The notes under the pieces were generated by a model. It was given only the letters and a program-made list of their open reading frames with translations. It searched no databases and had not been told where the DNA came from. A stretch of 37,525 bases of DNA from a virus (lineage: Duplodnaviria; Caudoviricetes), in IMG/VR virus record IMGVR_UViG_3300002307_000121, positions 1 through 37,525 of that record; one strand, 5' to 3'. Shown here piece after piece: positions 10,534 through 20,342 of this stretch. Within the stretch, counting starts at the first letter, position 1. Each line of letters begins with the position of its first letter. Both the position numbers and the translations under genes were made by a program.

Positions 10534-10620
10534 TATTTTACTCCGATTGTGCAAAATTACACTTATGATATGTAGCATAATGGGTGCCCATAGTCAATAG
10601 ATTTGGGCACCCATTTAGCG

Positions 10621-10788
10621 TCAACCGATAATTTCCACAGCAGATTCGGTCATAAGCATACGACCAAACAGAGTCTTGGCCATCTGCGAAGCCTCGTACT
10701 GATTAGCAGCAGTGACATACTGCTTGCCATAACCTGCACCAGGCTCATCCTTATACTTAACCAAAAATCCATAACGCTTCTGCGACAT
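10621..10788 (-). CDS. Small hypothetical protein (55 aa, not in ORF track)
   Basis: MSQKRYGFLVKYKDEPGAGYGKQ...VEIIG*, preceded by AAGGA; fills the gap between neighbouring genes. Confidence 0.6.
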   Translation of the reverse strand: MSQKRYGFLVKYKDEPGAGYGKQYVTAANQYEASQMAKTLFGRMLMTESAVEIIG

Positions 10789-10798
10789 AATCTTATCC

Positions 10799-11167
10799 TT
10801 ACTTAGTTACGATGTAGGGCTTGTTCCAAGACCCCAGGTTAATGTCAATGTAGTGACTAACGTGGAAATAGTCAGTCATGGCGTCCGAGTTGTCAAAGAA
10901 CTTCGGACCCTTCATCGCAGCAATGACTTCTGCGAAAAACTTCTTAGCCTTACCACGGTATTGTGAGTCAGTGTGATAAGTGTTGACTTGATAGTAATGG
11001 GTCCCGCTTGCTGCATCCTTATCAAAATCAATCTTGCCCGACTTGATGTTGAGAACGAGCGTAGAATGATGGCGAACTGCAAGCGAACCCTTGATACCAT
11101 ACTTCTTGCAAATCGCCTTGATCGCGGGGGCCAGTTCCTGCTTGTGCTGCTGCGACATATAAGCCAT
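10799..11167 (-). CDS. Conserved phage hypothetical protein
   Basis: MAYMSQQHKQELAPAIKAICKKYGIKGSLAVRHHSTL; GGAG RBS; own promoter. Confidence 0.75.
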   Translation of the reverse strand: MAYMSQQHKQELAPAIKAICKKYGIKGSLAVRHHSTLVLNIKSGKIDFDKDAASGTHYYQVNTYHTDSQYRGKAKKFFAEVIAAMKGPKFFDNSDAMTDYFHVSHYIDINLGSWNKPYIVTK

Positions 11168-11200
11168 TTGATGCTCCATCATTTGCTCTTGATATATACT

Positions 11201-11229
11201 CTTATATCAAGAACGGGGACCTTTGTCAA
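11201..11229 (-). promoter_or_regulatory. sigma70-type early promoter (representative of ~22 on the minus strand)
   Basis: TTGACA-N17-TATAAG. Equivalent -35 boxes lie near 10592, 11955, 12905, 13760, 14811, 17802, 20274, 21366, 23090, 23951, 26045, 26958, 28801, 29646, 30482, 31159, 32788, 34294, 34648, 36088 and 37407. Confidence 0.85.
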
Positions 11230-11256
11230 CCAAAAAATCGCCTTTTGGTAAAAAAG

Positions 11257-11538
11257 TTACAGACGCCTTCCGGTCTGTAGATTGATGGTCTCACCAGGAC
11301 CAAACATCTTAGAAGTGGACCGGTCAACTACACAAGTGCGAGAAACACCGTTAACCTCAATGTTGATGTAAGTGTAATCGTAGCGAGAGCATCCGCCACG
11401 GCCACAATACTCTTGAGTGTCAGTCTGTGAGCGGACTACCTTACCCTTTTCGTTAGACGCCATACAAGGAATAGGATCGGGACCGCAGCTTGCAAGCAGA
11501 ACGAAAGTGGGAAGAATATAGATAAACTTCATAGACAT
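11257..11538 (-). CDS. Small putative lipoprotein
   Basis: Signal peptide with lipobox LASC. Confidence 0.6.
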   Translation of the reverse strand: MSMKFIYILPTFVLLASCGPDPIPCMASNEKGKVVRSQTDTQEYCGRGGCSRYDYTYINIEVNGVSRTCVVDRSTSKMFGPGETINLQTGRRL

Positions 11539-11900
11539 TATGCAACTTCCTTTTCATAAAGTTCAAAGCCAAAAGTCTTACAAATGTAGATATTACCGTT
11601 AACGACAAACAGATCACCAATCATAGAAGAACGCAGGCCCCATGCACGCCCAAAACCGTCGCGGGGAAGAGGTTCGATTACCTGAACATTCTCGCTATAA
11701 TCTTCGTTATGTTCACCGTCCTCGTAAGTGGGGCCGCGGCTCCAAGATCCAAAGATGTTCTGCGTACGGGCGAAAGCGTATTCGCAAGCATCCTTCTCGG
11801 GGTTCTTGTTGAAGCCAAGCTGATGCTCGGGAACATTGACCACTGCAACAGTTACAAACGCACTAGTTTCAGTATCAAAATGAACAACCTTGACAATCAT
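11538..11900 (-). CDS. Hypothetical protein
   Basis: 120 aa ORF with GGAG RBS and own promoter; stop/start coupled to the next gene. Confidence 0.65.
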   Translation of the reverse strand: MIVKVVHFDTETSAFVTVAVVNVPEHQLGFNKNPEKDACEYAFARTQNIFGSWSRGPTYEDGEHNEDYSENVQVIEPLPRDGFGRAWGLRSSMIGDLFVVNGNIYICKTFGFELYEKEVA

Positions 11901-12541
11901 TTTGCGTCTCCGTTTTCTCAGCTTATAATTTACACTACACTAGTTTTGGGTAAGAGTCAACCAAAAAATGATTTTTTAGAAATTAATCTCTGCGGTCTTG
12001 CGAATATCCTGACGGATTTCCATCAGTAGATTGAGGATATGACCAATCTCGTCATACGCTTCCTGATGTTTGCCTTCCTGACGAAGACGAAACATACCAG
12101 TAGCAATATACACGTAACCGTCTTCAAAAAGCCGCATAGTATCGTTCATATTCATATCCTAAAGAATAGCAGGGTTCACAAAAGAAACCTCGGCCCAGTA
12201 GTATACGCTATATTCACATGTCTTAGCTCTCCAAAAATCTGTGTATTTTTGTTCAGCTTCATCTTCGTTATCGGCTTGGACTATGCGCAAGTCTTCAAAC
12301 CTTTCAGCATCATTCATGTATTCAGTTTTTTCAACTCTACCTTTAATCAAGTACAGCATTTTAATAATCCTCTGCATCAAGTTGTTTGTTGTCAACTAGT
12401 GCTTCCATTTTTTCAGCAGCTTCGTAGGCAAGTTCTACTGCTAGATCAATCGTAAACCCCCGCGTAATCAATGCTTGCAGTGCAGCAGCACGATAGATAG
12501 TACCAGGTTGAATATGCGTGATAACAGCCATTGTTTATTCC

Positions 12542-12856
12542 TTAAGCAGAGTAGCGAGTGGGGTGACGAGTGATAGTGCCGTTCTCATAGATACGGAGAT
12601 CGTAGTTATCATCTTCCGGATCAGCGGTCTCAACGTGCCAACCACCACCGTGCTTGAACGAACGAAGCCAGCGCTTAACACCGTGCTTGGTCCAAAACCA
12701 CTGACTACGAACGGGGCCACTGTATGCATAGTCGCGCATATTGCGGGCACCTTTCTGATACCCGATGAAATTGATGATCAAAAGAATAATGAACCCGATG
12801 AACATGATAGCAGCAGCGCCGACAACAGCCTGACCAACAATCTCAAAAAACGACAT
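12542..12856 (-). CDS. Hypothetical membrane-anchored protein
   Basis: N-terminal TM helix; AAGGAG RBS; promoter at 12882-12910. Confidence 0.6.
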   Translation of the reverse strand: MSFFEIVGQAVVGAAAIMFIGFIILLIINFIGYQKGARNMRDYAYSGPVRSQWFWTKHGVKRWLRSFKHGGGWHVETADPEDDNYDLRIYENGTITRHPTRYSA

Positions 12857-13475
12857 ATCATTATCTCCTTGCTATACATTCTGTATAGCATTTTGGGTAA
12901 CAGTTGTCAACCTAAATCTTCCAAATGCTTTAAATATTTTCTAAAAGCCATAACTCGGGCAATATCACCGCGAACGATGAACGTGCTTTCAAACCAACCC
13001 TTTTCTTCATAGTAGTCAAGCATTAGTGAAAGCAATGCTCTCCTAATATGACCACGAATCAAAGCACCGGCTTCTATCGGCATACGCGCTTCACCTTTAT
13101 TAAGAGGTGCTAGTGCTTCACTACGATTCATTAGATTACTCCATTCGGGTATACAGCTTCCATATGTCTGCGATAGCTTTCCACCGATTCGGTCCTGGCA
13201 GGCAGAAAACCATACTTGCGCACCAGTTCACGCATTTCAGGCGGCAGGCTATCAAACTTGGACATTTCCAGATCGGCCCAAAACTTAAGATTCTTATCCA
13301 TGATAAAACTTCCAACCAGAGATAGGAGAAAACCAAGCGACAAGAGCACCGTCAAATAGTACGGCAGCTTCAAAACCAGCCTTCTTCACCGCTTCCATAG
13401 CATCGTGAAGCGACTTACCGAGATAAACATCGCGTCCAAAGTTGACGAGAGTAGCTTGATAGAGTTCTGGAAGCA

Positions 13476-13712
13476 TTAGTTGTTCCCTTCGTTGAAGCCT
13501 TTGTTCACCTGACCCAGAAGATGACCAGCCTGATAAGTAGTAGCATCGGGGTTAGACAGAACAGCATAGAAAGAATAACCAGTTACTGCAAAAATAGTGA
13601 TTACAATCGTAAAGATAAACAGGAACCAAATCTTGAAAAAGAGAGGCATAGAGCTAAAGAAACCATTATCGTTATTGAAGCGAAAATTACGATTACGATT
13701 ACGATTAAACAT
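13476..13712 (-). CDS. Small membrane protein
   Basis: Central hydrophobic helix; AAGGAG RBS; own promoter. Confidence 0.6.
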   Translation of the reverse strand: MFNRNRNRNFRFNNDNGFFSSMPLFFKIWFLFIFTIVITIFAVTGYSFYAVLSNPDATTYQAGHLLGQVNKGFNEGNN

Positions 13713-13799
13713 TTGCTATCTCCTTGCTATAAATTTACAATAGACAAAAAGGTACCCGAAGTCAACCAAAAAGTGACCTCGGGTACAATTTTTTAGATG

Positions 13800-14729
13800 T
13801 TATTCGCTAGCAGCAGCGAGCTTTTCCTTAGCAGCTTCAACCGCAGCAGCGCGAGCAGCCTTGATAAAGCTAGCAAGCTCCTTGTCAGCAATCACGCTAG
13901 CTTCGGCTTCTGCCTTAGCCTGAACAGCCTTTTCAAAAGCTTCGTCAGCCTTGTCCTTGTCAATCTCGTCAACGATTTCGTAACGGCAAGCACGACCCTT
14001 GCTATCGTTGTAATCGTTCGGGATGCTGACAACATCGCGCGGGTTGATCTTGAGAATGATCGTGCGCTCGCCGCCGAAGTGATTGAGATAGTCCTTAGAA
14101 CAGAAGTGCAGACCGACCGAGCAAGTGCGGTTCTGATCATCGTCAACCATGTTGCGTTCCATAGAAACAACAGTCACACCGTCAACAACTTCAACAGTAA
14201 CCTCGTTGTGCTTACCAGCGTATTCTGCCAGCTTAGCGTTGTCCTCGTCAGTCAGATAGATAGCCGGCTTGTTCAGCACAGTACCCGAATGACAGTCAAG
14301 ATAGTCACCGCGGACCTTCTTGTAAGCGAGGAAGCAACCATCCGGAGTGATCGGAAGAGTGTTCTTCTCAAGGAAGCCATACAGTTCGTTGACTGCCCGC
14401 TTGCTCGGATTCTGCATCAGATTTTCCATGAAAGCAACGAGCGGCTCGACCGGGAAGTCTTCCTGGATCATAGCGACCATGCGCTTCGTGAGGGCGTTGT
14501 GCATTTCGCGGCCCTTCCAGAAAATCTTGTCGCCCTCAATGCTGACATTGCCTTCACCGAAGTTAATGACGACCTGCTTGGGACTAACAAAATTGCGAAC
14601 CGCATCTTCGTCTCCAGACTTAATCGCGGCAATCAGCTTATTATAACCAATGTGGGAAGCAGAAACAGTATGGGGCGTATTGTCAATGACGATGGTAAGA
14701 TTCTTGCCCTGAATGATGTACGGAAACAT
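13800..14729 (-). CDS. rIIB: rIIB-like protein
   Basis: NPSKRAVNELYGFL, PITPDGCFLAYKKVR, DDDQNRTCSVGLHF and INPRDVVSIP.DY..SKGRACRY motifs; lies downstream of rIIA. Confidence 0.93.
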   Translation of the reverse strand: MFPYIIQGKNLTIVIDNTPHTVSASHIGYNKLIAAIKSGDEDAVRNFVSPKQVVINFGEGNVSIEGDKIFWKGREMHNALTKRMVAMIQEDFPVEPLVAFMENLMQNPSKRAVNELYGFLEKNTLPITPDGCFLAYKKVRGDYLDCHSGTVLNKPAIYLTDEDNAKLAEYAGKHNEVTVEVVDGVTVVSMERNMVDDDQNRTCSVGLHFCSKDYLNHFGGERTIILKINPRDVVSIPNDYNDSKGRACRYEIVDEIDKDKADEAFEKAVQAKAEAEASVIADKELASFIKAARAAAVEAAKEKLAAASE

Positions 14730-14915
14730 TTGATTTATTCTCCTAAATTAAGTGAAACGAGTAAGCATGTTCTCATTGAACTTTATCTTTATAACAAATT
14801 TCAGCGAAGGTGTCAACCTAAAAATATCAAAAAATGAAGAAACATACTAAATAAAGTTGCGGATCACGATGTTACGAGCATCTACCCGCACTAACGCTAC
14901 GAAGGAGCATCAGCT

Positions 14916-15566
14916 ATGTGTATTTATTGCGGCACTAAGAACTATCGTAAAATCTATGAGAATCATTATGGACCCGTCCCCCGAGATTCTGATGGAAGAA
15001 AACACGAAGTTCATCACGTTGATGGTAATCGAACAAATAACGACCCTACTAATCTAGTATGTGTGTCTATTAAAGAACACTATGACATTCATTATGCTCA
15101 ACAAGACTGGGGAGCCTGCCTAAGAATCGCAGAAAAAATGAAGCTGCCGCCGGAAGAACTTTCGGAACTTGCTAGAAAAAATGCAAACAAGTTAGTATCA
15201 GAAGGGACTCACCCTTTCTTAGGAGGTTCCGTTCAACGAAGGTCCAATGCTAAACGAGTCGCCGAGGGTACTCATAACTTTTTAGGTAGCGATACATCAA
15301 GTAAGGTGCAACAGGCCCGTGTTCAGAATGGAACTCATCATTTTCTAAACGGAGAACTTTCTCGGAATACGCAACAACGACGAATCAACGACGGTACTCA
15401 CCACTTTTTAGATAGTGAGTACCATAGAAGAAACGCAAAAAAGCTATTAGACGCCGGAAAGCATCCCACCCAATATAAATGGACATGTCCGCATTGCAAT
15501 AAGAGTGGTCAAGGTAAAAGCTTATATACTAGGTGGCACGGTGACAACTGTAAAGGTAAGATTTAA
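14916..15566 (+). CDS. Free-standing HNH endonuclease (paralogue 1)
   Basis: EVHHVDGNRTNNDPTNL...EH HNH motif, GTHxFL repeats, C-terminal CPHC...RWHGDNC; AAGGAG RBS; TAAATA at 14848. Confidence 0.88.
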   Translation: MCIYCGTKNYRKIYENHYGPVPRDSDGRKHEVHHVDGNRTNNDPTNLVCVSIKEHYDIHYAQQDWGACLRIAEKMKLPPEELSELARKNANKLVSEGTHPFLGGSVQRRSNAKRVAEGTHNFLGSDTSSKVQQARVQNGTHHFLNGELSRNTQQRRINDGTHHFLDSEYHRRNAKKLLDAGKHPTQYKWTCPHCNKSGQGKSLYTRWHGDNCKGKI

Positions 15567-17749
15567 TCTGTGCCTTTATATGCGTCAATTGCATTAATAT
15601 ATTCTGCCACTGCCTTGTCATCGCGGAAATAACGATCCAGTGCATTAAGGAGCGGGTAGCGAGACTTGAGGGCCTGCATTTCCTTATTGTACTTAGCAAT
15701 TTCGTCAGTGACGTTAACCTTTCCTGCGGTCACCTTGTAGATCACGCAGAGAGTTTCAAAACCACGAGGAACATTCTTGTCCGCCGACTTGACACCAGCG
15801 AACTCGTTATACAGCTTGAGGTACGGGCTGCTAGCGTTCGTAATCTCATTCTGCACATAGGCAAACTTGGAAAACTTGAAGTATTCATCAAAGTTGATAG
15901 TTTGCTTGATGATGCCCTTAACATCAAGCGCACCCTGCTGGGCAAGCTTAGCCGAAACGTATTCGTCAAGATTGACCCAGTTAGACTTACCCTTGACAGT
16001 TTCAAGGTCAGCCTTACGAACACCGTAAACCTTTTCGGTCACGATGCCCGATTCCTTAAGAGCAGTAGCGAAAGCCTTCATATCATAGCCAGCTTCGCCT
16101 GCAACACCCAGAGCAGTGAAACCGCTCATTGGGAGATAGTAGTACGTGGTAGCATCATTGAACGATGCCAGAGTACCTGCATCGCGCCAAACCATGTCGT
16201 TGCTACGCAGATGACCCTTGTTGTCACGCTTTTCAAGCTGAAGGATAGAAACGTCCTTACCCATGCCCTTCGCACGTTCCTTCTGATCAAGGGTAGAAGC
16301 ATTGCGGATCTGTTCAGCAGGGGGAGTAGAAAGAGCGTTGAAGAACGCACGAATGCGAATATCCTTCTTCTTGTCTGCCTTGTTGAGCAGATAGACAACA
16401 TCATTCTTGCCATCCTTGCCCGTGTTCTTCCAGTGATACTTTGCACGATTACCGATACCAACAGTAGTGTCATTCACTACAAACTGACTGTCTTCGGACA
16501 CCTGAATAGCCCAGTAACGGGTATAGTTGCCGGTAATGCTGTCATAGATATTCTGCATATTCACCGCAGAGCAAGTGTTATGACCATAATAGTCGCTCTT
16601 GACACGGAATGCAGTGATATAGATGTTGAACTTCTTAGCAAGCTGTTCTTCGGTGAAGTAGAACATTTTACCGTCACCATAACGATTAACGTCAACAAGA
16701 TCAAACCCAGTGTCAGATGCAAACTTACGAGTTGCATTAGCCCAAAGCTTGCTATTTAGGCGTTCACGAAGACGATATGCCTTTTCCCAAGGATTCTTGA
16801 TTCCAGCAGCTTCAACAGCAATCTTGTCAGCCAGAACACTATTCAGTGCTTCAAGCTTAACCTTGATAGCATCAATCGTTTCAGGATTGTACGACAGACC
16901 CTCACGCGAAGGCTGAATATCAAGTTCACCGATACCAAACTCAATTGTCAGACCACAGCCCAGTAGTCCATCAAGACCACCGAGGTCAGCATTTGCAGGA
17001 ACCTGCAAGGGATATTCAATGTTGCCCATAATAGCATAGCTATAGCTATGACCACGATGACTATTGTTGTTTGAGTGAATACCAGGAATGATATCAGTGT
17101 CAGTGTACGAAGGATCAATGAAAGAAAACTCACCGATACCACCACTCACTACCGGACGCAGCTTGAAGTGCTTGTAAACGTGGCGGGCTTCTTCATGAAA
17201 CTTGCGGAAGTCATAGCTGTCCTCAACTGCAAAGCGAATTTCAACGCCATTCGGCTCGTCGCTTGCTTCTTCTCCCATCGGAGCGATAGAAGGAACACCC
17301 TGCTCATTAATGAAAGCAGTATAGACACGCTTCATGCCATTCTTGATAGCAACGATAGTGAAATTGTCTGTATAACCGAAAGCACTCTTGGAACCGAGAC
17401 CCAGACCACCGATCAGTTCATCAGTGTTGTTCTTAGTAGATTCAAAATAAGTAGTGAAGATATCACGGACCTGCTTTTCATCAAGGCCCACACCATAATC
17501 ACGAACCGCGAACCAGGGCTCAAGAGAGTTCGGAAGATGAACATCAAACGGGGTGTCAATGCGGCCCGCTTCAATGTGCGAGTCAACAGCGTTGCATGAA
17601 TATTCACGAACGATTGCGCGGATCTTGTTAGAATACAGACCCGACGAAAGAATGTTAAAAGCCTTCGCACTATTGCGAATGCGGAACTCGCCAACCTGAC
17701 CGACGTTAGAGAGAATCGGTTCATTGTCAATCGTGTTCTTGATAATCAT
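15563..17749 (-). CDS. rIIA: rIIA-like protein (N-terminal GHKL/HATPase domain)
   Basis: LYSNKIRAIVREYSCNAVDSH, VRDYGVGL, YFESTK, IGGLGLGSKS and DIQPSREGLSY motifs; paired with rIIB. Confidence 0.93.
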   Translation of the reverse strand: MIIKNTIDNEPILSNVGQVGEFRIRNSAKAFNILSSGLYSNKIRAIVREYSCNAVDSHIEAGRIDTPFDVHLPNSLEPWFAVRDYGVGLDEKQVRDIFTTYFESTKNNTDELIGGLGLGSKSAFGYTDNFTIVAIKNGMKRVYTAFINEQGVPSIAPMGEEASDEPNGVEIRFAVEDSYDFRKFHEEARHVYKHFKLRPVVSGGIGEFSFIDPSYTDTDIIPGIHSNNNSHRGHSYSYAIMGNIEYPLQVPANADLGGLDGLLGCGLTIEFGIGELDIQPSREGLSYNPETIDAIKVKLEALNSVLADKIAVEAAGIKNPWEKAYRLRERLNSKLWANATRKFASDTGFDLVDVNRYGDGKMFYFTEEQLAKKFNIYITAFRVKSDYYGHNTCSAVNMQNIYDSITGNYTRYWAIQVSEDSQFVVNDTTVGIGNRAKYHWKNTGKDGKNDVVYLLNKADKKKDIRIRAFFNALSTPPAEQIRNASTLDQKERAKGMGKDVSILQLEKRDNKGHLRSNDMVWRDAGTLASFNDATTYYYLPMSGFTALGVAGEAGYDMKAFATALKESGIVTEKVYGVRKADLETVKGKSNWVNLDEYVSAKLAQQGALDVKGIIKQTINFDEYFKFSKFAYVQNEITNASSPYLKLYNEFAGVKSADKNVPRGFETLCVIYKVTAGKVNVTDEIAKYNKEMQALKSRYPLLNALDRYFRDDKAVAEYINAIDAYKGTD

Positions 17750-17826
17750 GTGTGCCTCTGTGTTGTCTTGATATATTCTGTATAGCATTTTGGGTAAGCT
17801 ATGTCAACCAAAATCGTTACATCCAC

Positions 17827-17856
17827 AAAAAAAAGGGGTAGAGAAAACTCTACCCC
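17827..17856 (-). terminator. Intrinsic terminator
   Basis: GGGGTAGAG-TTTT-CTCTACCCC followed by 8 T on the minus strand. Confidence 0.9.
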
Positions 17857-17872
17857 AAATTTTATCTACTTC

Positions 17873-18697
17873 TTAGTTTACCTTAAGAGTAGGAAGCGGC
17901 ATGCCACCACCTACATACTGCGGGTAATGACCATCCCACTTTTCAAGCATCCTCTGGGTAAGAATCTGTGGGTTAGTAGAAATAGCGTTTGCTTCAATCT
18001 GTGTAGCCTTAGCGTTACCTTCTGCTTCTGCGATCTTTGCACGAGCATTGGCTTCGGCAGTAGCTACGTTAGCCTGAGCAGCAAGTGCCTGCTGTTCGTT
18101 GGCGATACGCTGATTAATCTGGTGCATCACTGATTCAGGAACGCGAACAGGTGAAGCCCAGTATAGACGTTCAACGTCAAGACCAAACGGTGCAAAGAAC
18201 TTCTGAACATCAACTTGTGCACCTGCAATAAGCTCTGCCTTACGAGGACCATAGATTTCCTCAACAGTCATATTTGATGCTCGGTTAGTGATTGCATCAC
18301 GAATAGCAACGCGCATTGGGCCAGATACAATACCCTCCATACCCATGCGATACTTCTGGAAAAGAATTGGAGCCTTCTGAGCATCAACGTGATAGCTCAC
18401 TGCAACGTCACCGGTGAGAGTAAGACCACTCTTATCAGCAAACGAGAATTCTTCATTCTTTTCGCTACCCTCTTCCTTGTTCAACGTCCAAGTATAAGTG
18501 TTAGTAAACACGGGGTATTCATAGATTGAAGTACCAGGACCTGTAAAATAAGTACCTACTGGCAGTGCGTCATTTGATACACCTGCACTTGAACCATACT
18601 GATCTACGCGAATACCTACGTGCCCGGGCTCAACCTGACTACAAGCAGCAAGCGAGAGTGCCGAAGCTGCTACGAGAATAACATTCTTAATATTCAT
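17873..18697 (-). CDS. SPFH/band-7 (prohibitin-like) lipoprotein
   Basis: Lipobox LAAC, VEPGHVGI, Ala-rich AEANARAKIAEAEGNAKA coiled coil, EKWDG..P. Confidence 0.88.
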   Translation of the reverse strand: MNIKNVILVAASALSLAACSQVEPGHVGIRVDQYGSSAGVSNDALPVGTYFTGPGTSIYEYPVFTNTYTWTLNKEEGSEKNEEFSFADKSGLTLTGDVAVSYHVDAQKAPILFQKYRMGMEGIVSGPMRVAIRDAITNRASNMTVEEIYGPRKAELIAGAQVDVQKFFAPFGLDVERLYWASPVRVPESVMHQINQRIANEQQALAAQANVATAEANARAKIAEAEGNAKATQIEANAISTNPQILTQRMLEKWDGHYPQYVGGGMPLPTLKVN

Positions 18698-18899
18698 TTA
18701 ATCTTCCTTAATGTGTGTGCTAACAAAACTATAAATTTTGCTGGCGATAGTTCCAAAGATACCGCAAGCTAGAACTACAAGAATGGCGATCCCTGTATCT
18801 GTATGTGAGTTAACCAGTACCTGGAACAACTTAGGGATACAGAAAAAAATTAGAAACAGTAGAAGCGGGATCGCCGCAAACTTCATAAAGGTACGCATA

Positions 18900-19130
18900 T
18901 TAATTTTCCTGAGGAAGCAGCTTGAAAATGCTGTCAAGAATTTCTTGCTTGGTTTCAGTTTTTCCAGACTCGTCAAGTTGATCAAGATACTGTAGAACAC
19001 TCTTGAGGACATCTTCACGCCCTTCAAGATATTCAATATAATTCTGTGCTTCATCAATGACCTTGCCTACTGCATATACCTGAGTCTGACGCACATTGTT
19101 AAAATCTTCAAACAAACCTTCGTACTTCAT
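18900..19130 (-). CDS. Hypothetical protein
   Basis: AAGGAG RBS before MKYEG; tightly packed in the operon. Confidence 0.6.
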   Translation of the reverse strand: MKYEGLFEDFNNVRQTQVYAVGKVIDEAQNYIEYLEGREDVLKSVLQYLDQLDESGKTETKQEILDSIFKLLPQEN

Positions 19131-19141
19131 TGTATTACTCC

Positions 19142-19444
19142 TTACCAATCACCACTAGAACCGCCGCCGCCGAAGTCGCCGCCCCCACCACTGAAATCTG
19201 ACGAACCACTGTCATACGAGCTAGAGCTATCGTAAGAAGGGCTTGAATCAAATGCAGAACTGATAATTTCAGCAGCAATGATAGTGTCGATGATATCAGG
19301 ACTATCGTCACTGTGATAATCATTATTGTTGTGCGTCGAAGACGAAATCCTAGTGCTAGAGATAGTGCTAGAGACAGTGCGCTTCTTAAGGATAGCAGCG
19401 GTCGTAGTGGGACGCTTATTGATATTAAAAGGCTTAAAGCTCAT
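19142..19444 (-). CDS. Low-complexity Ser/Gly-tailed hypothetical protein
   Basis: C-terminal SSSDFSGGGGDFGGGGSSGDW tail. Confidence 0.6.
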   Translation of the reverse strand: MSFKPFNINKRPTTTAAILKKRTVSSTISSTRISSSTHNNNDYHSDDSPDIIDTIIAAEIISSAFDSSPSYDSSSSYDSGSSDFSGGGGDFGGGGSSGDW

Positions 19445-19582
19445 GTTACTTTCCTTCTGGAATATTGCGCTTACGGTTCTTGAACTTGTTCCTCAAAAAC
19501 ACGATAGTTGTCAATACGACACCTACTGCAAAACTGATAAGATTGGATTCAAAAACGCTTGAAATAGAAGTGCAAAGCATTA

Positions 19583-20227
19583 TTAACGGTTCCGAAGCAT
19601 GTCACGAACCTTACGAAAAGCCCAGACCAGACCAAAGACAATAGCAACAAGAGTGAGCAGATTAACGATACCCCAGAAAATCATGCCGAAAAAGCCGGGT
19701 CCGTTATCAACTACGGGTGCAGCCTGTGCGTAGCCGGGATCGCCGTAACCACCAGCGGGCGCGCCATTGTTCACATAGACCGGAGTTTGGTTGTGATTGC
19801 CAAACATCATGTTGCCGAGCAAGGATCCAGTAAAAGCACCACCAAACGAGCTACCGAAGCCACTGCCCATACCACCGCCACCATAGTAATGGTTATTAAC
19901 AGTAGGACGATTGTAACCGCCACCGTAGCTATTGCTAGGACGCGAAACTACGCGCGTCTGTGCCGGTCGATAATTGTATCCAGAAGAACTTGAAGTGAAG
20001 CGACTGGTAGGAGCAGCCGGACGAGAATAGCTAGGGGTAGGACGGTAGCTAGAACTAGAAAAGCTGCGCGGGGTAGAATAGCTGCGCGAGCTAAAAGAGC
20101 TAGAGCTACTAGAACGGAATCCGCCACCGCCACCAAACTTGCCAGCGAATGCGGGAGTTGTAATCATACTTGCAGCAACAAGTGCTGCGACAAACTTACT
20201 AGAAAAATTACGCATTATTTTCTCCAT
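19583..20227 (-). CDS. Gly/Ser/Arg-rich exported membrane protein
   Basis: Signal peptide ending AFA, disordered SR/G-rich region, glycine zipper and C-terminal TM helix. Confidence 0.65.
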   Translation of the reverse strand: MEKIMRNFSSKFVAALVAASMITTPAFAGKFGGGGGFRSSSSSSFSSRSYSTPRSFSSSSYRPTPSYSRPAAPTSRFTSSSSGYNYRPAQTRVVSRPSNSYGGGYNRPTVNNHYYGGGGMGSGFGSSFGGAFTGSLLGNMMFGNHNQTPVYVNNGAPAGGYGDPGYAQAAPVVDNGPGFFGMIFWGIVNLLTLVAIVFGLVWAFRKVRDMLRNR

Positions 20228-20302
20228 CAGTGAACAATCTCACTAACCTTTATATACGACATCTAGAAAAGAATGTCAACCTAAATTTGCAGAAAAATAT
20301 CC

Positions 20303-20335
20303 AAAAAAATGGGTGAGATCCTTAGACCTCACCCA
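20303..20335 (-). terminator. Intrinsic terminator
   Basis: TGGGTGAG...CTCACCCA stem followed by 7 T. Confidence 0.8.
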
Positions 20336-20342
20336 AAATTGA

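Noticed and set aside
13797-17599. Long plus-strand ORFs 13797..14837, 15902..16759 and 17075..17599
   Set aside because: Antisense shadows of rIIB and rIIA; no recognisable motifs.
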